Positions 34,304 through 45,242 of a stretch of 64,000 nucleotides of DNA are shown here, piece after piece (position 1 is the stretch's first letter; the number at the start of each line of letters is the position of its first letter). The stretch is from IMG/VR virus record IMGVR_UViG_3300026116_000002, positions 10,888 to 74,887 of that record, one strand, 5' to 3'. This DNA comes from a virus. Made by a program: the position numbers and the translations under genes. Under the pieces are notes generated by a model. That model saw only the letters and a list, made by a program, of their open reading frames with translations. It did no database searches and was not told the origin of the DNA.

Positions 34304-35080
34304 ATGGGATTGTTTGGCGGATTATTCGGTGGATCGCCCACCTTAAATACCGGGTCGACGCAGCCTTATACCTCGGCGCTTAACAGTATTGCCAACAACT
34401 TCGGAAGTCAGGGTAAGGCCGCGCAGGATCAGTACGGTCAGTTCAACACGAACGACACGAACGCCCTGAACGCCCTGTCGAGCTACTACACGACCAACCC
34501 GGCAACTCAGCAGTACAACGCGGAGCAGACCGCCAATGCGTCCGAAGCGGCTCGTGTTGGTGCGGAACGGGCCAAGGCCGGTCTCAGTATGGACCTTGCC
34601 AATCGCGGGATCGACCCGAACAGCAGTGCAGGTGTCGGGGGGCTGACGGCTATCGCCAATCAGCAGGCGTCGACGAACGCGAACATCCAGGCGCAGCAGG
34701 CGCAGGAGAATGAGCGTCAGCACGCCCAGAACCTTGCCGACAACGCGAACTTGTGGAACGGTGCGGCGAGCACTGCGTTCGGACGCACGAACACCCTGCA
34801 AAATCAGCAGGCTGGACTGGAGCAGCAAGGCTTCTCCAACGCAGATCAGCTTGCCATGCAGCAGTACCAGCAGAAGTTGCAGCAGCAGCAGGCCGAAGAG
34901 GGGCTGGCAAGCGGTTTGTTCAACACAGCGGCGAACATCTTCGCGCCAGGATCAGGGGCAATCCCCGCGCCACGGGCTGCAACGTCCGCATTCCAAACTC
35001 CCGCGCCTGCGCCTACTGTTTCGTCCGTCGCAAACGGCGACCCATGGTCGGCCTACATGAAGCAATACGGTATAGTCTAA
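34304..35080 (+). CDS. internal virion (ejection) protein
   Basis: MGLFGGLFGG start, Gln/Ala/Asn-rich, LANRGI motif. Confidence 0.7.
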   Translation: MGLFGGLFGGSPTLNTGSTQPYTSALNSIANNFGSQGKAAQDQYGQFNTNDTNALNALSSYYTTNPATQQYNAEQTANASEAARVGAERAKAGLSMDLANRGIDPNSSAGVGGLTAIANQQASTNANIQAQQAQENERQHAQNLADNANLWNGAASTAFGRTNTLQNQQAGLEQQGFSNADQLAMQQYQQKLQQQQAEEGLASGLFNTAANIFAPGSGAIPAPRAATSAFQTPAPAPTVSSVANGDPWSAYMKQYGIV

Positions 35081-35081
35081 T

Positions 35082-37118
35082 ATGTCAGCATCAGCGTTTT
35101 ACAACCCAACTGGCACTCCGGGACCGTGGATCGACCCGATGCCGATCTCGGCAGCTAATATGCCGCCAGGGCCGGTAGCGACCTCGCCTACTCCCGCCGC
35201 CACGCCTATGCCGCAAGGCCCGGTGAATGTAAACACGCCGCTGCATGCCGCCGTACGCGCTAATCCCTCGATCACGCCTGCGCAGATTGTCGATCTTCAC
35301 AGTCAGCTTGTGCCCAAGGGCGCTCCCCTACTGTCCGCGCAAGGCGCGGCTATCGTCAAGCAGCAGGCGCTTAGTCCATCAGCCGGGGCGAACATCGCGG
35401 CCTCGGCTCCGATGAGCACAGTTCAGGGACCGTTTAACGCTGGAGGTCCAGCGCCAAACGCCCTCGGGCCGAACATGGCAGCGGCGAACGCCAACAGGCT
35501 CGGGACTACTCAGACGGCCATTGATGGACCAGCGCCCACGCCTCAACCCGCAGGACCGATGCCCATGACGCCGCCTGCACCGGCAACTGCACCAGCAGCA
35601 GCGATTGCGCCTGTCACGGCAGGAAGTACCCCCGAGGCCGGGAGTTTTACGCAGGCGCAGCCGGTCTCGCCCGCTGCGATCGCGAACGCGAAGCCGCCGT
35701 CGACCGCACCGGGAGCGCAGCCAAGCCATCCGTCATGGCTACAGAGCCTCGGTAACACGCTCGTTAAGGCCGCACCGCTGATCGCAGGGGCCGTCATAGG
35801 CGGCAGCAATCCCGGAGCGGGCGCAGCAGCACTTAACGGCTGGCAACAAGGCACACAGCAGGCTCAGCAGCGTCAGGCGCAGCAGCAGGCCGTGGCCCGC
35901 GACACCGCGCAGCAGACGCTTGAGAACCAGCGGCAGGCCGCACACGACACTGCCGCGACTACGCAGCAGGAGCTTGAGAACCAGCAGAAAGCCGACGAAG
36001 ATCGTACTGCGTTCTATGACTCGCTCAAGGGGCTTAGTTCGGCGTCTCAGGAGGAGCGCGTTAAGGCGCTCACTCCCGAAGAGGCAAAGCGCATTGGTGT
36101 CGACCCGGCGACGTTCTACGACAAAGACGGCAAGTTCGTGCCGCAGACCGCGCAGGACACCGCCAAGGGACTTCACGCCATCTTTAGCACGTTCAAGACC
36201 GTCAAGGACGCCTACGACTACGGGCTTGCAAGCGGACTGACCGCCGACACGAACCCGGATATGGCCGTGCTCGCCTCAAAGCTCGGAAGCGCCGATGCCG
36301 ACCCGAACGAAATCAACCCGTTCTGGAATAAGCAGCAGACCGGCAACAATGCCGCCAACAACGACATCAAGGCCGATACAGCAGAGATTGCCGCTAGACG
36401 TGCGTTTTCTCAGTTTGCCGATCAGCAGAGTATCCTCGACAAGTACAAGGATGACCCGGAAGGCTTCAAGGCCGAATACCACTTCGACAAGCCGGATCAA
36501 CCTCTCAAGAAGGAAAGCGACGTACTGCACGAGCAGGGGCTAACCGAGACAGCGCGGCACCACGGCGTTAATGAGCAGCAGGGCAATCGCAGGCTTACGC
36601 TAGGTGAAGCCGCGTTAAAGGTCAAGGCCAGTCACGACAAAGCAATGGAGCTTATCGGGCAGTCAAACGCTCGGTCCCATGCGATTAGTGCCAACGCAGG
36701 ACAGGCCCGTGCTGACAACCAGAAGATTTACGAAGCGTGGAAGATGAACGGCGGGGCAACGGCAGATCAGAAGTCGAAGTCGATGTACAATAGCCCATGG
36801 GGCACTGTCTTTGACAAGGCGCAGAACGCCCTCGACGCGGCAAACAATAAGCTTCAAGCTTGGAAGGATCAGCAGGCGCTCCTGAAGTTGCCAACGACTA
36901 ATCCGCCAGCGGCTCTTGTTGATCCAGTCGTGAGACTCAACGCGCAAGTACAGCGCATGAATACCACCAAGCCCCCGAGCGTGCGATCCCAAGCGTATGC
37001 CGGAAAACAAGTCTACAAACCGAGCGACATGAAGACGATCGGCGGCGTCACTCAGTCAATAGCCGCGTGGCGTCAGTACTATAGGGATAATCGACCAGGG
37101 CAAAAGCTACCTTTCTAA
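35082..37118 (+). CDS. internal virion (ejection) protein
   Basis: Pro/Ala-rich N-terminus, Gln-rich coiled coil; position. Confidence 0.65.
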   Translation: MSASAFYNPTGTPGPWIDPMPISAANMPPGPVATSPTPAATPMPQGPVNVNTPLHAAVRANPSITPAQIVDLHSQLVPKGAPLLSAQGAAIVKQQALSPSAGANIAASAPMSTVQGPFNAGGPAPNALGPNMAAANANRLGTTQTAIDGPAPTPQPAGPMPMTPPAPATAPAAAIAPVTAGSTPEAGSFTQAQPVSPAAIANAKPPSTAPGAQPSHPSWLQSLGNTLVKAAPLIAGAVIGGSNPGAGAAALNGWQQGTQQAQQRQAQQQAVARDTAQQTLENQRQAAHDTAATTQQELENQQKADEDRTAFYDSLKGLSSASQEERVKALTPEEAKRIGVDPATFYDKDGKFVPQTAQDTAKGLHAIFSTFKTVKDAYDYGLASGLTADTNPDMAVLASKLGSADADPNEINPFWNKQQTGNNAANNDIKADTAEIAARRAFSQFADQQSILDKYKDDPEGFKAEYHFDKPDQPLKKESDVLHEQGLTETARHHGVNEQQGNRRLTLGEAALKVKASHDKAMELIGQSNARSHAISANAGQARADNQKIYEAWKMNGGATADQKSKSMYNSPWGTVFDKAQNALDAANNKLQAWKDQQALLKLPTTNPPAALVDPVVRLNAQVQRMNTTKPPSVRSQAYAGKQVYKPSDMKTIGGVTQSIAAWRQYYRDNRPGQKLPF

Positions 37119-37121
37119 AAC

Positions 37122-40100
37122 ATGCCAGCAACAATGCCATCCCCGGACGAAGTAGCAGCAGCGTTTGCTTCGTCCGGTTATTCTCCAGCCCCGACAACAC
37201 CTGCGCCTGCACCTGTTGACAACCCCTCAACGCCTACCCCAAAGATGCCTTCGCCCGACGAGGTTGCAGCCGCGTTCTCGTCTTCGGGAATGAAGCCTGC
37301 GCCGACGCCGACAGGGCTTGGCGGTTCCATCGCACAGGCCGCAGAGTCGTTTCAGCCTAAGCGCACGGACTATAGCGGGTATTGCGAGCGACTGACTGCG
37401 GACACCGTGCAGCATGCCACCGGCTCCGATGTTATCCACGGCGTCAATCTCAGGCAGAACGCGATAGACACGCTACGTCAGGCACAGCGCAACGGCGTTG
37501 GCTTCAAGTACACTCCTGGCACTCCGCTACTACCGGGAGACATCGCTTTGTCCAGCCGTATGGGCGGGGGCTTTGGTCACTCTATGGTTGTCGGCGCTGA
37601 CGGCACTGTGCGTAGCGACTTAGCTCCCGGCGTCGGGCAGAACAAGATCGATTGGATAATCAGGCCAAGCGCATCGCCAAGCGATATGCCGTCGCCCGAC
37701 GAAGTAGCCAAAGCATTTAAGGCCGGTGGTGCTCCTCCCGCCTCTCCAAAGTTACGCCCAGCACCAGTCCCGAGCGCTCATCCCGGCGATGTACCTAACA
37801 GCCTGCTAGGTGCTGACACAGCAGCTCTCGGCGGCTATGACCCGGCCAACCGGTCCTACGATCCACAGAGCGACATCACGACAGTCAAGTTCAAGAGCGG
37901 GGCTATTGGGCAGTACGGTGGGCACGGTATGCAGCGCGTGTCGCTGTCGATACCGCAAGGCACTCCTCCGTCGTCACCTATCTACCAGTACGTGCGACCC
38001 CGCGCGGCCCTGATTACTCCGCAAAGCAACACCGGGTCAAGTCTTGGCAAAGAATTGCCCATGTCGCCACTGGCAAAGGCGAAGACCGCCATCGAGCGCG
38101 GCAACCTGGCGATGCAACCTGCCGTTAACGCTGTGGGAGACTTGACGCAAAACATCGTATCCGGGGTAGCAAACGCATCGCTTCAGCCTTATTCGATCGC
38201 CGAGCACGCGGCTGCACAGGGTATCTACAACGCGAAAGCGGCGGCGTCTAAAAACCCTGCGGAAAAACAGGCGCTTCTTGCCAAGGCGAAGCAGCACGCC
38301 GACGCTGCCGAGCAGGCGCGTCAGGCCATGGCTCAGGGCGCGGCTAACCTTTTACCTGCCGGTAACCTTACGCTGCATTCGATGCAGGGCACTGCAACGC
38401 CTCAAGACTATGGCGGGGCGCTCCTAGACTTAGGGCTTATTGCGGCTGGTGGGGCGCACGGACTAAAGATCGGAGAGCCTGTCCCGGAACCACTGCCGCC
38501 CGATGTTGCCGAGGCTCTAAGCAACTCACGAGCGGTTCAGCAGGCAGGGCACACTCAGGTGCGCCCGAGCACGACTGAAGCGACCGCCCCGCGATACACG
38601 CCCAAAGCCATCACGAACGGCAAACCTGTCGTCCGCGTATCCGCGCCGAGGCCGTTCGTCGCGCCGTCAATCGACGCGATCAAGAGCGAGATCAATGGCG
38701 CGGGCGCACCGGACATCATGTCGCTCATCGATCAGCACGAGGCCGCGCCTGCCGAGCCTGCTACAGCCGCACCTGCTGAACCTGACGACATTATGTCGCT
38801 CATGGATCGACAACTTCGACCAGCAGGCCCGACACTGCGCGACCACCCGGAATTGCCACACGACTTGTCTGACCATGTTCCGTCGCCTGCGGCTCAGGCG
38901 ATAGGTTCAGGGGCGCTTCCTGCCGAGCCTGCCGCCCCCGTTGCCGAACCTGCTCCGAAGCCGATTGCCCCGCCGCTGACCGAATGGAAGCCGATCGGCA
39001 ACGATACCTACTCCGCGCCGGGAGGCTTCCACGTGTCTCCGCAGGAAGGTGGAGGCTACGAGGCATTCGGGCCGCAAGGCAAGATCGGCGGCGATTTCAA
39101 GTCTCCTGGCGAGGCTATCGCGGGCGCTGCCGAGCCAGTGCCGACACCTGACGAGGCCGGTGGAGCGAAGCGAGCTAAGGCGACCTACGACGGCCCGACG
39201 AACCTTGACCGCATGCCGGAAGAGGCGCGTCAACGGGCGATCGATACAGCCAAAGAGTTCAACCTGAACAAAGGTGATGTGAAGTCGCACGCCGAGACAC
39301 TTGAGGCGGCGAAGACTGGCGGGTTGACGCTGGATGATCTACGCGGTGTTGACCGAGGCAAGCGACCTCCCGGCTTCGAGCACGTTCCGACCGAAGACTA
39401 CGACACTATGGTTCGCAGGTTGTCGCTGCATTACAACGGCCTCGTACGAGAGGCCGCTGACGCGCACGCCGAAGACCCGACGCCCGAGACGCTGGACGCC
39501 TACAAGAAGGCCAATCAGGACTACGCACTTGCGCTCGATCACGAGAAGGCGGTCGACACAAGCGCTGGACGCGCCCTGAACTCGCGCCTCATCAACCGCG
39601 AGAGCGCCACTGCCGATCAGGTGAGTCGCATCCTGCAAGATACACCTACGATTAAGGAGGCCGTCGAAGGCAAACCAGAACCTACCGTCGAGCCTCGCAA
39701 TGCGCAGGGCGAAGGCCCGAAAGTGCCTGATGTGCCGCGTCCGAAATCGTCGCGGTTCCGTACTGTCACGGATGAGGACTACAACGCGGCGGCGAGCCGC
39801 CTCAAGTCCAGCGTGCAGGGCTTCGGTAAAGCGTTCATCAAGGAAGAGGGCGGCTACTTCGACCCCGAGGCATTCAAAGACAACTTCGAGGATTTGAAGA
39901 CGTTCGGAGCGTACCACATCGAGAAGGGGCTGCGCATGGCGGCAGATGCCACCGGCAAGTGGGCTGACAAGATGCGCGAAGCCATGCCCGGTATCTCGAA
40001 GGGGCAGTTGTCGGCGCTCTACGAGGGGTCGAGAGGATTGATCGCGCAGAAGGCGCAAGAAGCCGCTGACGCGCGAGCGCAGAAGGCTGGTAAGCAGAAT

Positions 40101-42710
40101 GTAGCCGCCACTAAAGTTGCGCTCGGGAGTCCACTCAGGCCATTGTTCACGCGTAAGAACTTCGACAAGTTCATCGCGCATATCGACCAAGGGACCGGCA
40201 CCCACGATATCTTTGACAAGCTCAACCATGGGCAAGGCCACTTGCTCACGCCCGAACAGAAGGCACTCGTCAACGAGGCGTACCACCTGTACAAGAAAAC
40301 TACCGGTAAGGGCGCTGGTAACGCAGCCAGCAAAAGCCTACGCAAGATTATTCAGGACTTGGCCGCATCGAAGACTAAGCCTCAAGTGGCAGGCCCGCCA
40401 ACAGCCGAACAGGCTTTACGTACGGCAGTTGGCAACAAACTTGGCGACACGCCGATGTCTAAAGCTGCCGCCGCGAAACAGGCCGCAGGCGAGGGTTTCA
40501 CAAAAGGTACCGTCGACTTCGATAAGCGTGTTGAAGCTTTGCAGAATGCGCCTACGAAGACTCAGTTGTTCTACGACCGCATGAGCGCGATCGCTCAAGG
40601 CAGGGACATTCTCGATCGCATGGCGCACGCCGGTGAGCCGGGAGTGAAACCCCTGACGATCGCCGAGGAGCGCTTTGCCGCCGAGCGCTTGCAGGCGCTC
40701 AAAGATGCGTCGAACCCGAAGATCGCCAACGCGACCGCCGACATGCTCACGACGATGCTGCGTGACGCACGAGCCGGAAAGCTCGGCTACTCCGACCCGA
40801 TGGAGCATCTGCGCACAGAGATGCTGAGTAACGTCGACCCAAAGGACAAGGCGGCAGTCGACGAGGTTACGAACAAGCTGGCAGCGCTCAAACCCGACGA
40901 TATCGTTGGTATGGCAGAGTTGTGGAACCATTACTCATCGACGCCGGTGTCCAACCTGCTCAACTACGTCATGTCCAACGCACTGTCAGGACCAGGGACC
41001 TACGGCAAGATCGGCATCGCTCACCTCTTGATGCTGACGATGGACGACCTCGCGGAAAGCATAGGGTCACACGTATCCGGTGGTACCCTGCGCCCTGGCG
41101 GCATCTCCAAGGCGATAACCACCGGCAAAGCGGCTCTCCCTGGCGCACTAACAGAAGCTGGCTTAACGCCCTCACAGATTTACCAAGCCGCGCAGCACGT
41201 CGCAGGGCAGGCTCCTAAGCCGCACGGCATCATTCACGAAGGCTCAGTCGTATCAGCCCTCCGTGGACACGATCGATCGCTTGAAGTAGGCGCTCGACTA
41301 CCTACCGAGTTCACGGTAAAGGCTCCTGCGGTTATTCAGAAGTACTTCCCGGATCTTGCCGAAAAGGTCGACAACAGTCGGGCGGCTAAGGGCGTCAACG
41401 CGTTCGTACGCCAGAACCTGCGCAACCACTCCGCGATGTATCACGTGATGCAGTCGTACGCTTTACAGAAGGGACTCGTCAATGAGGCCGAACTTCAAGC
41501 CATTCAAGAGGGAGCGAAACCGGGCAGTACTGAGTTTAAGTCACGCGTTCAAGAGATTTCGAGCGCACCATCTAAGGAACAATTTCAGAAGGCTGTCGAC
41601 TACGCGAAGCAGCAGACGATCATTAATGATAACTATTGGAGTGATCTTGCCAAGGCCGCTGCACAGGACGCAGAACGCCGCCATCAGCCGTTCATGAAGG
41701 TGTTTCTCAAGCTCGGCTACAGTTTGTTCAGCAAGGTACCATCGAACATCGTTGGCCGAGCAGTGGAGACCTCGCCCCTTGGGCTGTCGGGCTACTCTCG
41801 CGTGATGATCGACGGCAAGCCGCACACCGGCAACATCATCAAGAACCAGCTTACGAAACTGAGCGGCGGGACTGTTCCGCCTGAGGTGGCCGCACAGACG
41901 GCTCGCGTATTCGGCAGGGGCGTGATCGGAACGGCTCAGATGCTCGCTTCGGCGTACGCAGTCTACAAGTACCTGTACAATGCCCCCGACAAGGATAAGC
42001 ACGAGTACGGCAGTATCAATGCGCCTAACGGCAGAAAGTACGAGACCGGTGGGGTTGCTCCGCTCGGCATTGACCTCAACGTCGGAGCCGCGATCGCGCA
42101 GCACATCAAAGACGGAAAATCGTTCGACCCGGCTAGCCCTGAAGGGTTGCAGTTCTGGCAGGACATGGCACACAGCGAGGCCAGAGACCTTCCGTACATC
42201 AACGCGTCGGAGACGGCTCAGAACTTACTCGACGGGAAGCCGAAAGACTTCAACACATTAGCGTCCAACACGGGCGAACTCTTTGTGCCCGCAGGCGTAG
42301 CGTTGCACCAGATAGCCGCACAGCAGTCACCGTACATGCGGCAGGCTACATCGATACCTGACCGCATGGCGCGAGGTATACCGAGCATCCCCGGAGTACC
42401 AACCAAGATCGGTAACCATGCTATCTCGGCAGCGGGCCTGCCGTTCATGAAGACACCCGGAGGCGAATTGGTTCCGCAGGGCGGCGGCATCTCTCCGATT
42501 CGCAACGAGCCGAGTACGCCGCCAAGTCCGATGGACAGCCTGATATCGCAGTACTACGGGCTACTCGACAAGGCCCGAGACCCGAGCAATTCACCTGCGG
42601 CCAAGGCCGCGTACGACCATCAGGCCCAGAAGTTACGCCGCGCAGTCCCGGCCATGGACACGATGCTCAAGGCTAACGCTTGGGATCGCTACCGGAGCAA
42701 CAACCCGTAA
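37122..42710 (+). CDS. large ejection protein with N-terminal CHAP/NlpC-like peptidoglycan hydrolase domain
   Basis: 1862 aa; SGYCERLT...PGDIALS...FGHSMVV Cys-His pattern. Confidence 0.7.
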   Translation: MPATMPSPDEVAAAFASSGYSPAPTTPAPAPVDNPSTPTPKMPSPDEVAAAFSSSGMKPAPTPTGLGGSIAQAAESFQPKRTDYSGYCERLTADTVQHATGSDVIHGVNLRQNAIDTLRQAQRNGVGFKYTPGTPLLPGDIALSSRMGGGFGHSMVVGADGTVRSDLAPGVGQNKIDWIIRPSASPSDMPSPDEVAKAFKAGGAPPASPKLRPAPVPSAHPGDVPNSLLGADTAALGGYDPANRSYDPQSDITTVKFKSGAIGQYGGHGMQRVSLSIPQGTPPSSPIYQYVRPRAALITPQSNTGSSLGKELPMSPLAKAKTAIERGNLAMQPAVNAVGDLTQNIVSGVANASLQPYSIAEHAAAQGIYNAKAAASKNPAEKQALLAKAKQHADAAEQARQAMAQGAANLLPAGNLTLHSMQGTATPQDYGGALLDLGLIAAGGAHGLKIGEPVPEPLPPDVAEALSNSRAVQQAGHTQVRPSTTEATAPRYTPKAITNGKPVVRVSAPRPFVAPSIDAIKSEINGAGAPDIMSLIDQHEAAPAEPATAAPAEPDDIMSLMDRQLRPAGPTLRDHPELPHDLSDHVPSPAAQAIGSGALPAEPAAPVAEPAPKPIAPPLTEWKPIGNDTYSAPGGFHVSPQEGGGYEAFGPQGKIGGDFKSPGEAIAGAAEPVPTPDEAGGAKRAKATYDGPTNLDRMPEEARQRAIDTAKEFNLNKGDVKSHAETLEAAKTGGLTLDDLRGVDRGKRPPGFEHVPTEDYDTMVRRLSLHYNGLVREAADAHAEDPTPETLDAYKKANQDYALALDHEKAVDTSAGRALNSRLINRESATADQVSRILQDTPTIKEAVEGKPEPTVEPRNAQGEGPKVPDVPRPKSSRFRTVTDEDYNAAASRLKSSVQGFGKAFIKEEGGYFDPEAFKDNFEDLKTFGAYHIEKGLRMAADATGKWADKMREAMPGISKGQLSALYEGSRGLIAQKAQEAADARAQKAGKQNVAATKVALGSPLRPLFTRKNFDKFIAHIDQGTGTHDIFDKLNHGQGHLLTPEQKALVNEAYHLYKKTTGKGAGNAASKSLRKIIQDLAASKTKPQVAGPPTAEQALRTAVGNKLGDTPMSKAAAAKQAAGEGFTKGTVDFDKRVEALQNAPTKTQLFYDRMSAIAQGRDILDRMAHAGEPGVKPLTIAEERFAAERLQALKDASNPKIANATADMLTTMLRDARAGKLGYSDPMEHLRTEMLSNVDPKDKAAVDEVTNKLAALKPDDIVGMAELWNHYSSTPVSNLLNYVMSNALSGPGTYGKIGIAHLLMLTMDDLAESIGSHVSGGTLRPGGISKAITTGKAALPGALTEAGLTPSQIYQAAQHVAGQAPKPHGIIHEGSVVSALRGHDRSLEVGARLPTEFTVKAPAVIQKYFPDLAEKVDNSRAAKGVNAFVRQNLRNHSAMYHVMQSYALQKGLVNEAELQAIQEGAKPGSTEFKSRVQEISSAPSKEQFQKAVDYAKQQTIINDNYWSDLAKAAAQDAERRHQPFMKVFLKLGYSLFSKVPSNIVGRAVETSPLGLSGYSRVMIDGKPHTGNIIKNQLTKLSGGTVPPEVAAQTARVFGRGVIGTAQMLASAYAVYKYLYNAPDKDKHEYGSINAPNGRKYETGGVAPLGIDLNVGAAIAQHIKDGKSFDPASPEGLQFWQDMAHSEARDLPYINASETAQNLLDGKPKDFNTLASNTGELFVPAGVALHQIAAQQSPYMRQATSIPDRMARGIPSIPGVPTKIGNHAISAAGLPFMKTPGGELVPQGGGISPIRNEPSTPPSPMDSLISQYYGLLDKARDPSNSPAAKAAYDHQAQKLRRAVPAMDTMLKANAWDRYRSNNP

Positions 42711-44278
42711 TGTCGATCACTCCGCAAAAATCGTTCTTGCCCAAGCAGCCTTCCGCGTCTGCGGGGGCTACCGGCACGTTCGACAACCCAAGCGCCTTGA
42801 CCGTAAAAGATGGCCTGGTAGTTAGCGTGACTGCGGGCGCGAGCAACGACCCTTTCAGCGGTGGCGGAAGCGGCGGCTCGTCGTCCAGTGGAATTGAGGT
42901 AGCCGGGAGCGTCAATTCGTTCAGCGGGATCACACTGCTACGATTTTTGGCGGGGATCGTCACGAACCCGCAGAACGGCGAGGCAGACTTTCAGTTCCCA
43001 GCAGGTACCAACGACATTTCAGGGACTTACCCCGCGATCACTGTGGTCGCAGTGCAGGGCATCTCGTGGGCCGCTGGAACGCCGTCAGACGCCCAGATAC
43101 CGCTGTACAATACCGGACTAGCTCAGTGGACGCATGTCGGCGTCTCTGGCGACTCGACGATCACGAACCTCGGGGCCATGACCAACGTCGCGATACAGGG
43201 TCAGCCAATCGCGGTGACGGCCCCGAGCAGCGGCGACGTACTTCAGTTCATCAGCGGAGCCTGGACACCTTCTTCGGTGACCGGCAGCGGAGCTTCGGTG
43301 TACCTTGGCACCGCTACAGTCGCCTCGCTGACGAACATTGCGCTCACAGGCACCCCGACAGTAGACGGAGTAGGTACCGCCGCAGGATCGGTCATTCATT
43401 GCGTTGGGCAGACCAATCCCGTCGAAAACGGCCCGTGGACTGTAGTTGGTATCGGTATGGCGTTCACGCGCCCAACCTGGTATCCAACCGGCGCTCACGT
43501 ATCGTACGGTCGCTTGATCTTTGTCGACCAGGGCACCTCAATCACCGGTCAGCTTCAGACGACGTGGGAGATGACTACGGGCGGCGGGCCTATCATCGAC
43601 ACGAACGCGACGGCATGGACGAAGGTTACCGTGTCGCTGCAAGGCGGCGTAGTCGGCATCCTTCCCGGAAGTGGCGGGGGAACAGGGGCATCCAACACCG
43701 GAGCGTCCTCTAAAGTCTTGATCGGGCAAGGCTCCACATTTACAGAGCAAACTGTCAGTGGAGATGGTACGCTATCAAGCGCTGGTGCGCTTGTGGTTAC
43801 CAAGACTAATGGCACCAGTTTCGCAGCTTCGGCGACCACTGATACCACCAACGCCTCCAATATTTCGTCCGGTACCTTAGCTACAGCGAGGCTTGCCGCG
43901 ACCACTAATTATCGGTACGTGTCTTTCCAGTTCAACAACGGCGGTTCTACGCTGGCGACAGGGCTTGTGAATACCACGGTGGTACTTGACGGCCCTGCGG
44001 CCCTAGTGGCTGTGTACCTGACCAGTCCTGACTCTACCAGCGGATCGGCAACTGTCGATATACTTAGGGCCAACGCAGCCGTACCAACCTCGGGCAATTC
44101 AATAGTCGGAGGCGGCGGAACTAAACCATCTATCTCTAGTGCGACCTACGGAAAAACTACAAGTTTTACGGGCTGGACGGCCACCACATTCGTCGCGGAC
44201 GATGTTATATCCTTGAACCTAACGTCAGTAACGTCGCTCAAGTACTTGACCGCCGAACTAGTATTGCAGGTGACCTAA
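42710..44278 (+). CDS. tail fibre protein
   Basis: TAATG coupling; ALTGTPTVDGV..GQTNPVENGPW and GILPGSGGGTGA fibre motifs. Confidence 0.8.
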   Translation: MSITPQKSFLPKQPSASAGATGTFDNPSALTVKDGLVVSVTAGASNDPFSGGGSGGSSSSGIEVAGSVNSFSGITLLRFLAGIVTNPQNGEADFQFPAGTNDISGTYPAITVVAVQGISWAAGTPSDAQIPLYNTGLAQWTHVGVSGDSTITNLGAMTNVAIQGQPIAVTAPSSGDVLQFISGAWTPSSVTGSGASVYLGTATVASLTNIALTGTPTVDGVGTAAGSVIHCVGQTNPVENGPWTVVGIGMAFTRPTWYPTGAHVSYGRLIFVDQGTSITGQLQTTWEMTTGGGPIIDTNATAWTKVTVSLQGGVVGILPGSGGGTGASNTGASSKVLIGQGSTFTEQTVSGDGTLSSAGALVVTKTNGTSFAASATTDTTNASNISSGTLATARLAATTNYRYVSFQFNNGGSTLATGLVNTTVVLDGPAALVAVYLTSPDSTSGSATVDILRANAAVPTSGNSIVGGGGTKPSISSATYGKTTSFTGWTATTFVADDVISLNLTSVTSLKYLTAELVLQVT

Positions 44279-44931
44279 TGGCCTACGCGGTACTGCAAAC
44301 AAAAACTAATACCTCGACACTATCAACAACGCTTGCCATCACCATGACTTCGACTGCCGCAGGAAGCGCGATCAAGGTGATGGCCGGTTCAACATCGTCG
44401 ACTGCGGGAATCACCTGCACCGACAACAAAGGCAATACTTACACCGCGCAGAGCACTGGAGGAGCTACCAGTACATTCGGAACCTTGTTTACTTGCTACG
44501 GAGCTACATCAGGTGTCACGACGATCACCTTGACTTACCCTGACACGACAATCCATGCGGCCATGGCGCGAGAGTATAGCGGCGTATCGGCACTAGACCA
44601 GAAAGCCGCAGCAACTACTACCGGGACAAATCCGACATCGGGGAATACAAGTACTACGTCTCAGGCTAATGAGCTTGTATTCGGGGCGCTCGTCGTCAAT
44701 AGAAGTCCCGGACTGACAGCCCCTACAGTTGGGGCTGGCTTTGGTAACTTTTCGGTGGTGACATCTGGTTCTGCGGCATTCGCCGTAGCGATGGAAGACA
44801 AAGCGGTCGCTGTGACAGGGACTTATGCGGCGGTGTTTGCGGATACAAACTCAACTCAGTACTTCTGCGCTGTTAATGCTGATACGTTAACATCAACGAC
44901 CGTAGCCAATAACAGTGTGATTAGCTTCTAG
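44278..44931 (+). CDS. Thr-rich beta-sandwich tail-associated protein
   Basis: ITCTDNKGNTY, EYSGV, TTSQANELVFG. Confidence 0.65.
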   Translation: MAYAVLQTKTNTSTLSTTLAITMTSTAAGSAIKVMAGSTSSTAGITCTDNKGNTYTAQSTGGATSTFGTLFTCYGATSGVTTITLTYPDTTIHAAMAREYSGVSALDQKAAATTTGTNPTSGNTSTTSQANELVFGALVVNRSPGLTAPTVGAGFGNFSVVTSGSAAFAVAMEDKAVAVTGTYAAVFADTNSTQYFCAVNADTLTSTTVANNSVISF

Positions 44932-44939
44932 GAGTTATA

Positions 44940-45242
44940 ATGATAATACCGTTAGAACCAGTGCCAACGAACTTCGGAGACACTTGCACGATCGGAGCCT
45001 ACAAGCAGTTGTCGTGGTCGAGGAATGTGGACGGAACTATCACAGTTCAGCTTGACGCCTTTACCGATCAAAAGTCTGCGCTTGACGGAAGCCGCTCAGT
45101 GCCGGATTGCGGAGGAAGCTTAACGCTGGACCCGACACAATTGCCACAGCTTGCGCAGGCCATAGCTGCTGTTGACTCGATCATAGCAGGTATGAGCGGG
45201 CCATGGGGCGGTGGCAAGGTGGTGTCCGATCAGTCTCAGTGA
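44940..45242 (+). CDS. hypothetical protein (possible fibre chaperone)
   Basis: AGGAG RBS; position after fibre genes. Confidence 0.6.
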   Translation: MIIPLEPVPTNFGDTCTIGAYKQLSWSRNVDGTITVQLDAFTDQKSALDGSRSVPDCGGSLTLDPTQLPQLAQAIAAVDSIIAGMSGPWGGGKVVSDQSQ

